NCBI RefSeq assembly: GCF_000143415.4
Contig: NW_003314261.1
Span: 971,325-1,035,324, forward strand
Reading direction: 5' to 3'
Length of the DNA: 64,000 nt
DNA from: Selaginella moellendorffii
Taxonomy: Eukaryota > Plantae > Lycopodiophyta
The stretch's first letter is position 1. Every line of letters starts with the position of its first letter. A program made the position numbers and the translations under genes. Of the stretch, positions 21,656 through 35,400 are shown piece after piece. The notes below the pieces were generated by a model. That model was not told the origin of the DNA, ran no database searches, and saw only the letters and a program-made list of their open reading frames with translations.

Positions 21656-24600
21656 TTGCATATAAAGGGGTATAAACCCCAATTAATATACTATTCCTTT
21701 ATCTTGAGCACTCACATTTGTGGAATTGAAAGGCACTACAATTTATCCCTAGAGGACAAAACTTTATGGCAATGCTTTGTTATTAGTGTTTAGGATTGTG
21801 TTTTTATTTTAATTCCTTTGTTCTCTTTTAGGTTTAGATTTGTATTAGCTTTTTGCCAAAATTAAAATTCCAATTACCACTATGCTTAGGTTTGCTTTTC
21901 CTTTTGAGTTTCATTGCATTTCTTTCCTCTATGCTATATTGTCATCAATCAAGGAATATATCATTTGAGGTTGTTAATGTTGCTCTGTTAAATTGAGTTT
22001 TTGGTGTATAGAGTGTATTGGTGATTATATGAGTGTTGTGCCTGTTCTTGGTATGTTGTTGTTTTTAACTTTTATGGGATATGATTACATGATTTTTTTT
22101 ATTCTTGATGTTCTATCAGCTTTAACTGATATAGAGCATAATTATAACATTGATTAGAGAGTTATGGAGGTTTAAGAGAATGTTTAAGGATTAAATTTAT
22201 AGTAAAAAAATGTTTATGAACTCAAGTGGATTCCAAATTATGATGAGAAGCTTAATTATTATGGAAATAGCTTTAGATATGAATTTAAAATTTCACAGCA
22301 TAGGTATCAATCTTTTAATTTGTCATTTGATGCCTTCTCTTTACCTTTTACTCTTTCCTAACATTTTCTTATTTCTCGGCTTGAGCTACTTTCTTATATT
22401 CCTAGTGTTTCTTCCTCATCCACAACATTTTTTTCTCTTGACACATTAATCATTTGTGACTCTTATGATTTTTATTCTCAATTTAATATTGAGTTGAGTG
22501 TTTCTGTCCTCATTATATTAGTTTAAATATTAACCATGTATGTGAAGTTAATTTTGTTTATTTTTTTATCAATTATAATATTAAGTATTCCCCTATTGCA
22601 AAAGTTGAATCACTTTGGCTAGAGTTTTAAGTTGAGTATATATCCCTATTTATGAGTGCCACTAAAAGCCTTTGTTTTATCATTATTACTATGTTCCCTT
22701 AAGAATATAAATTTTTCTGTTAATTTTCCTATCTCAAATATTGAGTTATATGTTAAGGAGATTGAATGATGTGAATCTCTTACTTATTTTATAGTGGTGA
22801 AAATATTTTATTATAGCAAGTCCTTTATCTTGCTTTAAGCACATTTCTCCCTATTTTTACTTTGTCTTCTGTGTAAGTAATAAAAAAGAATGACTCAAGA
22901 GATGATCATTTCTTTTTTACTTAGGATACTTAGGGTTAAATGTCCTTAAGTTTGAATAATGACCTTCCAGGAAGTATAAATTTAGGAGTTTATATTCTAA
23001 TATTTTTTATCCACTTTTTATTTTTCTATAATATTTCTCTTCAATTTTGCTCATTTTCTCCTCTTTGTCATGACACTTCAAATATTTTTTTCTTTAGAGG
23101 AGGGGGTAAAGGGGATAGAAAGGAGTCCAACCTCGATGATGGAGTGAAAAGGAATGGATACAATAGTGGAGTGAAAATGAATAATATGTATTGTGGAATA
23201 AGGATGAGCATATTGAGTCTAAATAAAATATTTAGTTTCAATATAATGAGGTTGAATGAATATAATAGTGGAGTGAAGCTGAATATAGATGGTAGAGTGA
23301 AGATGAGCATAATGAATTTGAACGAAGTTGATGTTTCAAAACCTTTTTTCATTTGAAGAAAGGATAAATAGAATGTGAAGGACAAATAAAGTGAATCCAA
23401 CCTCCTTTGTATAGTGTTGGACAAAGACAAATAAAGAAAGTTTGAGTTAACACAGGTATCAATAGTTGACTAAGGAGAAGATGCAAAGGCAGATTTTACT
23501 AATGGTTATAAGTCCAAATTAACAATGGTTTAGAGAATGGTTAGTAAACTGAATTAGAAATATGATGTGTTGTTTGTTGTAATAATGCTTTGTGGGCTAT
23601 AGTGGTGCTTGAAATCCTCTACTTTGGTTTGAAATTAAAACTCCAAGGTTGGTTCAAGCATTTGGTTGCACATGAAGTTATAATTGGTTTATCAGGATTC
23701 TGTAGTTGAAATATATTTATGCTAGTCATGGTTATTAGCAATTATGCTACTAGTTCTAAAGGACTATCAAATTCTTATAGTAATTTATAAACACTTAGCA
23801 AAAGCTCTAAATGTTCCACCAAACTTATTATCGTTATTTTTTTGTCTTCTGAAAAGGAGGATTGTAAGCCATAAATTTTTCTTTCCAATTTACTAACTTA
23901 CTTTGTCTATTCAACTACCACGGCTTTAACTTTAGTTAAGTTCTCTCACCAAAGTTCCTGCTTATTGTATTAGCTCCTACTTAATCTTATTTAGTCTTGG
24001 CAACTCATTGCATGAGCAATAGAACATTAGTCATCCATCCACAAATTCCCAAATTCTCTCCCAATCCCTCTCCCTAGGTTAAACTAGATTTAAGGTTAAG
24101 CTACATTCCCTACAGACACAAGCAACCAAGCACACCAAACCTCCAGGTTCTTAACATCCCTTGGTATAATAACACTTGATCATAGGACTCTCTAAATTTT
24201 AAGTCTTGGGTGCAACATTTACTTCGGGTTGAAATTATATTGATTATTAATGATTCTTTTTGTGCTTGTTATAAAGTGAGTTATGTCTTACTATAAATGG
24301 ATTTATGGAGGATCAATTTGAAGGTCACTTGTTGAGCATAACTTTATTATTCTTATCTTTTAAATTGATGCAGAAATATTTTTCATTAGCTTTGGCATTT
24401 TAAAATTTAACTTATAGATGTGTTGAAGAGGATATTGTGGGTTGTACTATGATATCTTCTTAACATTAAAGTTAGTTTATATGAAGTTTGTGATCATTGT
24501 TAGGCGAGACCTAACTATAGGCTTCTTTGAGCTTTAAGTTGTAGTGACGACACTACCAAAAGAGGTATTAGAAGTGGGAGCCTTGACCTAGACCCTAAGA

Positions 24601-24820
24601 AGGGTGAAGACCAATGAGCTGCAAGGTACTCAAGTGGGGCACCACTCCACATGAGCCAAGAGCACTATAATTGATTTCCCTTCCAAGAGTGGGAGTTGCT
24701 CTTTAGGTGGCTTTTTTAGAACCACATGAGTCCATATTCACTCCCACCTAAGGCCCTTAAGCCCTAATCTCAACCTTAAGTCAATTTGGAAGCACTAAAG
24801 AATTCCTTCAAAACTAATTC

Positions 24821-25200
24821 TTGGACCTCACTATCCCTACTATACTTTTGGGACCCCCCGCCCCCCCTATTGGGAGACAATATACTTTGGGATTTCACTC
24901 TATGACTTGTATTAGTCTTGGACTTGATTTTAGCTCTATCTTAGACTCGATTTTGAACTCGATCTCGGACTCGACCTCGGACTCAACTTCGGACTTGGTC
25001 TTAAACTCAATCTCGGACTTGACTTTGGACTTTGTCTTGGACTCGATCTTAGATTCGATCTTGGATCTCGAACTCAGTCTTGAACTCGGTCTCAGATTTA
25101 GTTTCAAACTCAGTCTCAGAGTTGGTCTTGAATTCAATCTCAAACTCAATTTCGAATTTGGTCTCAAAGTCGATCTCAAACTCGATTTTAAACTCGGTTT
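24821..25200 (-). repeat. Inverted relative of the 12038-12430 tandem array (GACTCGATCTTG units)
   Basis: 12-bp periodic units plus shared flank TCCCTACTATACTTTTGG. Confidence 0.75.
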
Positions 25201-25647
25201 CATCCAATGAACTCTTTATCATTTTGGTCGTGCTTTTGGGGATCCTTCAGCCTACAACACCTCAGGGAATTGGTTCTTTAGAAGGATAATATAAGGTCTA
25301 TAAATACATATATGTATATAGATGTATTACTTTGCTTAAGTAATATGCTAATTAAAGTACTATAATATATAAACTGTCCATTTGAGACTGAATTTATATA
25401 AGTAGGGTTCTAAACTTTAATTAATATATCTATTTCTATATCTTGAGTATTTATATAGAAATTTTTAAAAAATTTTAGAAAACTAAAAATGAAATAGTGA
25501 ACACTTTAAACTTAAAAAATATTTATAAAATTATAATTATTATAATATTTATATACTATATTATGCATATGGTACATTTCAAGACTGATAAAACTTAAAA
25601 CTGATAATCTATTTAAATTTTTAATATATATTAATACCTAAATTTTA

Positions 25648-25680
<33 letters not shown>

Positions 25681-26604
25681 ATACACACACACACGTATTT
25701 ACAAACCTTACATTGTCTATATATTTTAGAATACAAGAATATATAGAAGAGAATATAAAATATAAATTTTTATAACAGCTTAATTGATAATATAAGGAAA
25801 TAAAAATATGGATAGATCTCTTTAAAATATGATGATGTTATAAAAAATGATAAGTTGATATGGTATGTTTAATCAATATTATTATAAGAATATCATTATA
25901 AGGAATTTTTTTTAGCATACATTAGCACTCCATTTGAGTATTGAACACTAAAGATTAAAAGGACAGAAAAAATTTCTATTAACATTCATTGCATTGTAGT
26001 CTCCAAAACATATATTATTATTATTATTTGTTCAAATCTATTTTATATATATATACTATTTTTAAAGCTTGTAAGCACCCGTCATTGCACGTCACGCCCA
26101 TAATTGTCAAGTTGCCGTTTTCCACAGGCCAAACTAAGCTCTTTGGTTCCCATTTTAAATTTCCAAGCTCCAGGCGAGTAAAGGAGCATGTCCGTTTCGG
26201 AGGTGCTCTAACTTATTAGGGTTCTTCGCTGCCTCTGCGATTATTTTGCCCTTCCCACAAAACCTCTGCGCACAAGTTCCTTTTCTTCCTCTGAGTTCGT
26301 TCGTGGGTGGATAAAATCTTCCACGCAAAATGCCAAAACGCTTTTGTTGGTGTTGGGAGTTCCAATTTGGCTGCTTTTGATCCATCGTCTTCTACAGAAC
26401 CCAAATTCCAGTGAAGTTCTTCGAGAGAGATGTCGCGAATTTAGAGCGAGCGAGCTTTCCAGAATGATTTCTCTCGCGAATGCGAGCTCTCCTTGGATTC
26501 CTCACGGCAGTTCCTCAGATTTGAGGTAGAAATTGATGATCTTCTCAACGATTTCCCAAAGTTTATGTGTACTTGGCAGCAGTCCTGGAAATGCGATTCT
26601 TGGC

Positions 26605-28751
26605 ATGGATGACGAGCTCGATCCCATCCTCTCCAAGGTGTTCTTCACGCAAATTCTCGCAATTTCCTTACAGATTGTTCTTTTCAGGACGACCACAATG
26701 CCGCATTCCCGGACAGCGATTGGTTTATCGCAACGCCGCCACCGCCACCGCCACCGCCGCCACCACCGCCGCCAATTCATCACCCGGGAATTCTCAACGT
26801 CGAGGCCCTCCAGCTCCAATCCTTCCTCTGTCGCAGCATTTTCGAGAATTCCTCTGGGCAGCCATCCATCGTGCTCGACAGCGATGGATCGATACTGCTA
26901 GACGACAATGGCCACATTGTCAGTAGCAGCAATCCAGCCGCGATCGCGAGCCCCGCCAAGAACAGGGGAGTGGGAGGAGGATTCCTGTGCTCCTCCAGCC
27001 CCCTGGGAGGAATCCCAGCGTCAGCCACTGCTGGAATTCCTGGAATTCCACTCGCCAAAACCCCCACAACTCCAACAGCGACGTGTAGCAGCAATCCGGT
27101 GGCCATGGCGATCATCTCTCCCAAGAATGCGGCCAAAATCCACGATTCGAGCAGCGGCCGCCCGAGATTTCTCCCCCCGCACCTCAATTCCTCCACCACC
27201 ACGCTTCTTAAGCCGCTATCGGCATCGCCGCCAAGAACTGGGGCTCGCCCCACGCTCTTCCAGAAGCGAGCACTGCGCCGGGCCGGGGAGCCACACGCAC
27301 GATCGTCGACGCTGTCACAAATCCCTCCTCCAGCGGCAATCTCCAGCACGCCCGATCTGGAGAGCCCCAACATCGCGAGAGAGAAGAGGTATGGGCATAT
27401 TTTCGCCTCGCCGCCCAAGAACGCCAAGAATCCTAGCAGCGCGGCGCTGCTCAAGCGGCGAATCGAGGAGTGGGAGCAGGAATTCCTGGACGAAGACGAA
27501 GATCACGACCAGGAGAGCGGCGATGGATCCGGCGTGGTTGAGCTGGGGAAGAATCCTGATTCCGGCAAGAAGGGCGGCGGCGGCGGTGGATCAAGGAAGG
27601 GAATGCCGGCCAAGAATTTGCTGGCGGAGAGGCGGCGGCGGAAGAAACTCAACGATCGCCTCTACATGCTTCGATCGGTGGTGCCCAAGATCACCAAGGT
27701 TTTCTCTTGTCTGCTACGGTTTATGGGAAGAATGTGGGTGCTAACATCGATCGCGCTTTGATTCGCAGATGGACAGAGCTTCCATTTTGGGCGACGCCAT
27801 CGATTACTTGAAGGAGCTGCTCCATAAGATCAACGATCTACACAACGAGCTGGAAGCGGCGCAATCCGAGAAGCAAATTCCCCATTCTCTTCCCCCTCCG
27901 CCCGAATTGACGCCCACCTCCACCGCAAGGCCGCTCATCAAAGAGGAGTCATCCACGTCGCAAGCTCCCATCGCCGAGCCGGAGCAGCCAGCGCGGGTAA
28001 AATCTTTTAAAATCCTTGCAAAGTTCTTCCGAGTTCTTGAAGTTTGCGCACTTAGCGCTGTGAGACTAGAGTTTCTTCCTTTCTTGAAGTTCTTCCAAGG
28101 TTCTTCCTCTTTTCTTTCGACATTCCCTTGAAAGTTCTTCCGCCTTCTCGAAGATCTTTGTCTTTGTTTTAAACATTTCCTCGAAATATATTCCACCTTC
28201 TTCTTCCCAAAGTTCTTTCTCGTTATTTGCTTGAAAAATCTTCCACTTTCTAGGGGTTCTTCCCAAAGCTCTCAAAGTTCTTCCAACTAAAGCTCTCTCT
28301 ATTCTTCCAGAATTCGCAAAGCTCTTGTTTCGAATTTCCCGAGCGATTCTTTCAGTCTTTGAAGATTTGTCGGATTAACTTGGACGTGCCATGGATGTAG
28401 ATCGAGGTGAAGATGCAAAAGGGCAAGGATTTCAACATACACATGTTCTGCGGATCCAGGCCCGGATTACTGCTGTCGATGATGAAAGCTTTGGATGGTC
28501 TCGGATTGGACGTTCAACAAGCAGTGATCAGTTGCTTCAATGGTTTCGTGTTTGACATCTTCAGAGCCGAGGTATGCTGAAAACACACCCCTTGCTTGCT
28601 TGAATCGCACCACCTTTGATCGATTTTTCTATATTGTTCTTTGCTGATGGACTTTGGATTCCTCTAGGCAACCAAGGAAGGAGAAGTCGGCCCAGAGGAA
28701 GTCAAGACGGTGCTGCTGCACACTGCGGGTTGTCACAGTGTGATAGCATGA
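26605..28751 (+). CDS. ICE1: ICE1/SCREAM-type bHLH transcription factor; exons 26605-26637, 26688-27698, 27769-27996, 28401-28571, 28668-28751
   Basis: [11 protein letters not shown] motif; [31 protein letters not shown]|[18 protein letters not shown]; ACT-like [38 protein letters not shown]; all GT-AG junctions keep frame. Confidence 0.93.
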
Positions 28752-29313
28752 AAAACGAGAGAACGAGAGAAGAGGGAAATATTATAATCACGCGAGGATA
28801 GAAAAGAGAGGGTATTTGTATCGTATGCTTTCATTTTCCACAATGTATAAATCAATGAAGTCACAACGGCACATTTCAGATGCAATGTGTTTCAAAGAGG
28901 GGCATTCAATTGGCACGTAATGGGAAAAGCATAGAACTCTCGGATCAAGTGTTTGATAGGGATATTAGTTTGTTAGATCATCAAATTATACTTATTTGGA
29001 TCGCATTTTGTCATGTCCTAAGAATTCAATGGGAGTATAAAGAACATTTGCTCCAAAGGTGCAACCTGGCAACCTCACGGAGAACAAACATCTCTTTTTC
29101 ACATCGTTTTCCACTTAGCAAAAATGTAAAATTAAAACGTTAAAATTAAATTTTTAAATTTTATTTTGTTCACTAAGATTTCTCATTAAAATGAATTAAG
29201 ATTAAAACTTAGATGTTTGTTGTTTAGGCTAACCATATTCTAGAATATGCCATTAGAATTGGAATCTTATCCTATCCGTTGGGTTTTAATTAGGGTTCTT
29301 CGCTTGGTTGGCT

Positions 29314-29715
29314 ATGGCGGTCCTCGTCTCGTCCTCGTCGCGCCTCGCGCTCAAACAATCGCTCATAGAGCCGCTCCAGGTGAGGCAATCCCCATCGCTG
29401 GGCTTCCCGCAGATCCGCGTGGCCCCGATTGGCATCGAATGCTCGTCCAGGCCGCAGAAGAAGGCCACAGCCCACCACATCAAGTCGCGCCCAAAGAAGA
29501 AGGGCTATGACAGGAGGAGGAAGGGACCGACGCGCTACCCCCCACTCTCCGAGCGCCCCGCGATTTGGGACATCCTCACTCCCAAATCCTGGGCTCTGCG
29601 AGCATTGGGCGTCGACGACCACCCTTCTGTCAGGAAATCCACCACTGCTGCTGCTAGCGATTCGAAGGAGCCGGCCACGGTCGAGGTCGAGGTTGTTTCG
29701 TCGTCGACAGAGTGA
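29314..29715 (+). CDS. PSRP6: Plastid-specific 50S ribosomal protein 6 (cL38) precursor
   Basis: IECSSRPQKKATAHHIKSRPKK..YDRRR.GPTRYPPL after a transit-peptide-like N-terminus. Confidence 0.9.
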   Translation: MAVLVSSSSRLALKQSLIEPLQVRQSPSLGFPQIRVAPIGIECSSRPQKKATAHHIKSRPKKKGYDRRRKGPTRYPPLSERPAIWDILTPKSWALRALGVDDHPSVRKSTTAAASDSKEPATVEVEVVSSSTE

Positions 29716-29855
29716 TCGATCTAAAGTTCCACTGCCAGCATTTTGAGAGAAATCAATTCGCTCCCCAGGAACTTTGTTGCTCTTGCGGACTTTTTTTCTC
29801 TTGTGCCACGACGAGAGAGCTTCGTGACGTATAAAACCTTCTCTTTTATTTCTTC

Positions 29856-32263
29856 TCACATTGTCGGTGCCGAGCTAAGGAGCCTCTCCACCTCGTCTGC
29901 TGCCTCGGCTTGGATCTTCCATTTCTGCGAGAACAGGAGATTTAAATTCTGCTACGCGGGATGAGTTGAATGATCCAAATAACCAGCATACCTTTTGGAG
30001 CTCCTCGACCTCCATGAGCCCTTGAATTTGCTCTTCAATTCTCGCCTGCCAGAAGCCACCATTCATTCCATCAACGTGAAACCTGGAAAGAATGAAAGAA
30101 TTAAAGGAGGACAGGAGATTTTACCACGGCCCCTGCTGTCTCGGCTGCAATAACATCCATGTCCATCTCCACTTCGATCTCAATCATCGCTGCAATCTGA
30201 CACGGAGGAATTACGTGAGCACGAGGAAGAAAAAACAAAACAAAAAAATGACTACGCTTGCCTTGGCGTAGTTATCTATCAGTTCGAGCTGTGCACGCAA
30301 GCGCTCATCAATTCCTTCTCTTGCTTTGCGCACCCGATCGATCCTCGCACTAAGTTTCAATTGTGCGTGCTCAGAATCATAAAATATAAGAGAAAGTGAA
30401 GCGTTCTCACCTGTACATGTCCTGGCCGACTGACTCCATTTTATTTTCCAGCTGACACATTCGAGCCAATCGCACCACCTGCACGTCGGCTGCTTTGGTA
30501 AACTAAAACTGGAATTTTTGTTCCTAACCTCCTGGACGGATGCATCCGTCAGCTGTTGAAGGCGTGATTGTAGCATCTCGTACTGCGACAAAAGCTCCTG
30601 CCTCAAGGCTATGGCATCAACACTCCTGGAAGGAATCTGGAAGCAAAGCAGTCAATCAGTAGAAAGAAAAGCAAGAGATAGATCGGGCTCACCTGATTCA
30701 GCTTAGGCAGGAGAAAAGCGTTCGCTGCACCACCAAAGACAATCGCTGCGCTAGCACCTATAACGATTGCTCGAGGCAGCGTCGGATCTATCAAAGCTGT
30801 AGCAGCATTGCTGCTGGCCAGCACAAGTGCTGCAGGGACAACGAGGGAGGTGTTGAATGCAGCAGCAGTAGCTCCGGTCTTCGGTGGTGCTCTCAAGAGT
30901 TTAGTTTCACGCCCCGTATCGTGGTTTGTTACTGCCATGGGTTCGCTCGGCTGCCAACCCGGTGTTCTTGCCGCGAAAGAAATGAAACGAAACCCCTGTC
31001 GTGCTGGAGCTGCAGATGCGATGGTAACTCTTTCTCCTAACTGCCCCGGGATTTCAGCGCTCTCAGTTGCAAATCTGTGAGTTCGAGCTACTCCGTTAGG
31101 CGCAGTTACCTGATTTAACGCCTGAAACTTAGACATATGACTGTTGTATTGCAGCTACTTACGTTAAAGGAATGGACTGCTGAAGCGACAGGTCGCTTCA
31201 TAAGTTGCAGGAATCGAAGTGCGCGCTCGAGAGCTGAAGTACTAGAACTGCCAACAGAACGTTCGAAGTTAAATGAAGGCAAAAACTTGAAGTCCAAGGC
31301 TCAGCACCTCATCGACTCTGACTCGCAGCTCGTCACATCACCGGACATGAGTTCATATTGATATCGGCATTTGGAGCATGCCACAAGCTAGAAAAAAGAA
31401 AAGTAGGAAGAATGATTTCGATAAGCCATTCCCATACCTGGATTCCACACTGCGGCTGCACGACCGCCATCGCTACATTACAAGTGGGACACTTGACAAC
31501 ATTCCCGAAAGGAACCTGAAACAACGAGCCGGTCGGTTTCGTGAATCTGGAATGACAATCAAATGACAAATACCTCATCACCCGGAGGAACTCCGCGACG
31601 TCGGACGTTGGAGACCGCTTGTATAGCATCCGAAACACGAAGAGAAGCAGCAAGACCTTTGATCACGGTGGCATAAGTAGAAACATCGGGTTGAGGCCAC
31701 TGCCATGTTCCTTTCGCTTCACCAACTAATGAAAAAGAAACCATAGCGTGACAAGTGATGAACGAAGAAGTTATAAAACAAAGAAGAACACTGACCTGAC
31801 CTTGATCACTTTGGATGCGAGGTTTCTTACTCCGCATCGCATCCAGTAAAGAAAAGGCCAAATCCACATTGCCATGAGAGAATGCCGCAACGATAATCTC
31901 ACAGCATTCCTCATTGCTCACAACCCGACCAGCTACCTGTGAGTCTTGCGAAGAGATTATCATCTCCAGCGCATCCTCGGCGCTCGCGGCCGTGGCAGCC
32001 ACATCCTTACACAGATTAGCGTCCAGCCGATCCAATTGCTCGGCGCAATCCTCGGACGCATTCTCCTCGGGCGTTCTTGACCTAATCGCTGCTTTCCTCC
32101 TGACCAGGGAGAGTCGCGTGCACCGTGGATTCATCCACGGGGCCACTGCTGCTGCTGCCGGATTGAGCTTCCTCTTGCCGCCATCGATCGGATTGTCGAG
32201 AAGAAATCTCCCGCTGCCGCTGCTCGTTGGTGCGGAGACGACGATCATTATCGCCTCCCACAT
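29856..32263 (-). CDS. Conserved plant PPR-like chloroplast protein (At1g64430-like), multi-exon
   Basis: NEECCEIIVAAFSHGNVDLAFSLLDAM, WPQPDVSTYATVIKGLAASLRVSDA, VPFGNVVKCPTC..AVVQPQ.GIQ, ARTHRFATE, C-terminal WKIQAEAADEVERLL; short introns. Confidence 0.82.
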
Positions 32264-32494
32264 TTCATCGTCGTCTCCAAGGGAAAGCAATCGCAGCCGT
32301 CGGTAGACTTAAAGAATCTGACGTCTCAAGGTCAATGCGATTGCTTTGTGGTTCATGTTATTCTTTTGTATTTTTAAAAGTATTTCAATAGAAATACCAA
32401 AAAAAATTCATTATGAAAAAAATTACATATCCCAAAGAAAAAAATTAAAAAATGTGAATTAAATGTCAAAACAATTCTTCAACTTATCAAATAT

Positions 32495-35400
32495 TGTGAG
32501 TGCTTGGAATATAGAAAGGGAATACAGAAAATGTGCACATTGATTAACCCAAAAACCCTAGCTTGTGCTTGGAATATAGAAAGGGAATACAAAAAACATG
32601 CACATTGATTAACCCAAAAACTCTAACTTATATATAGGAGTAAGTGGTCCAGATTGAAACTAATCCGACAGCTATCAAAATCCCATTATGCTAATATTAA
32701 TATACAACATTATAGCCATACACTTGACCCTCACATCATTCCCTCCTCTTGAAATAATGAAAGACCATCAAAGTTCTCTTGTAGATGGACCAAGATTTGG
32801 AGGAACATCAAAAGGAGGTATTGGCAAATCTGTTGGTGGTATTAATTGCTTTTGATCCCTTTGTATGAAGCATTTCAACCACTGCACATGCACAATTTCT
32901 AGAGGATCGGTTTGCTGCATATCATGCCGAACCTCATAAACTTGTGGTCCCACTTGTTGCAACACCTGATACGGTCGTTTCCACTAAGCAAGGAGCCCCT
33001 TAAATAAACCACGTACCGTAAGATGGGGAAAATGCATTAACACCAAGTCATCCATTTTGTACTTTGCAAGTGGATAATGATGGGAGTTGTAGTGCCGTTG
33101 TTGTCCCACTTGTACACAGCCTAAGTGTTTGGCAAACTCTGCTCGGACAAGTGGAAGAATACTTGTCAAATATTAATCCCACGACTTAGCATCAGCAACT
33201 TGTGGCAATTGCAAAGGTAAACCCAGCTCCATTAGTAATATTGAATCATGACTATATAGGAGTTTATATGGTGAAACACCAACATAACTCTACACCCCTA
33301 TGACATATGCATACTGAAGAGACGGCAAATAATGGCCCAATCTGAATGCTGAAAGTTCACATACTTCGCGATCATCTCTTTGAACATCCGAACGAGCCAT
33401 TCCACTAGACCATCTGATTGTGAATGATAAGCACTCATGAAAGTGTGGCATATCCCCAACTGAGATGTCAAAACATGAAATGCCTCAGCCATAAATGCAG
33501 GACTATTATCCGAAAGAATCCGCTTTAGACAAGAATGCTGGAACACTACTCAATTGAGGAGGAAATATCCAACAGTAGTTGCAAAGGTGCTAGCAAGAGC
33601 ACCAACTTCCACCCAATGAGTCAAGTAGTCATAAGCAATAATAACATACTCATTGCTAGTAGTCGACTATGGAAAAGGTCCCATAAGATCAAATGCCACC
33701 AACTCAAACGGATGGGAAATTGCAATTGACTCCAACAGTCTTTCTATAGCATGAGGGGGGGGTATTACGAGCTTGGCACCAAACGTAGCTACGCACATAT
33801 TGAATAATATCACATTGCATCTCCGGCCAATAGAAAGACCTGCTCAGCTTCTCCGTCATATGATGATGTCCCATATGCCCACATAGAATAGGAGAATCAT
33901 GGTAGGCATTGAGAAACCGCGGAATAAAGATAGATGGCACCACCACCCGTAAATGATCATTAGGATCCATCCCCACAAAATAAAAAAGGCCGTCTTCAAG
34001 GCAATATTGAGAATGTAAATATCAGAAAGACAAGTCATCAGCAAGTGATGCAGGATTCTCAAACCCATCTCGAAGCCTTTGAATCCACGGCTCAATTTTT
34101 TGAGCCTCACAAACCTCATCAAGAAAAGGTAGACCTTGCTCTGTGCCTTGTGGACACTAAACATCAAGTACAACAATCGCCGACAACACAGAATCCTCGT
34201 TTAGAAAATCCACAGATGCTGGAATAATAGGCTTGTCAAAAATATGAGAAGAGAGTGGAGAAGGAAGAGGAGCTCGAGAAAGGGCATCAACATCAGCCAA
34301 AGAACTCCCTGGGTGATGAACAACATCAAAATCATATATCTGAAGCTTTAAAGCCCAAGCAGTATGACCAACAAGGTTCTTTCATTTCAATAGTGAAGTA
34401 ACAGCAACATGGTCACCTTCAAGTAACATCCGAGAACCATGTAAATATGCATAAAGTTTCTTGAAACCCCAGACTGGTGCTAAACACTTCTTCTCTGTTG
34501 TGGAGTAATTCAACTTTGCTAGTTGTCATGTACAGCTTATATACGCAATGGAAGGGCACTGACCAGACACACTCGGACTCTCTTGCATCAACACACCTCC
34601 AAGACTAATATCTGAAGCATCCACATGCAAAATAAAAAGTTAAGTGTAGTCAGGATATGCCAAAACTAGAGGAGTCGTCAATAGCTCTTTGAGATCCATG
34701 AACGCCCGCTCACAATCCGGAGACCAAATAAAAGATGATGTTGATGATTTCAACAACGCTCGTAACGGTGCAGTGCGATCAGAAAAATGATCCACAAAAT
34801 GACTAAGATACTGCACCTTGCCCAAAAAGCGTTGCACATCATTCACACACTTCAAAGTAGGGAACTTTAGAACAACCACAAGTTTATCAGGATCAACTTG
34901 CAAACTCTCACGAGAAATACAGTACCCAAGATAAGTTGTGTCCTTGGACCCAAATACACACTTCGACTGCTTCAATTTTAAACCAACGTATTGTAGCTGA
35001 TCCAAAACTTTACAAACATCACAAACGTGCTCCTCCTATGTCCCCTCCAAGTGGATCAAGACATAATCAATGAAGTCAACAGTCACCTCTAGCATATCGC
35101 AAAGAACCTCGTCCATCATCCTCTGAAAAGTTGTTGTTTCATTGTTCAAACCAAACGGCATCACCAAGAACTCGTACAAACCAAATGGTTTATGAAAAGC
35201 AGTCTTAGAAATATCTTCTTCGGCCATTGGTACTTGGCAGTACCCAAAAACAAGATTTAACTTGGTGAACCAATGACTTCACACCAAACGATCCAAGAGA
35301 TCAGTAGTGTGAGGAAGAGGGTACACATCCGAGATCGTCAGTTTGTTTAACGGACAATAGTTAATGTAGAAACAAATACTTTCATTAGACTTCATCACAA

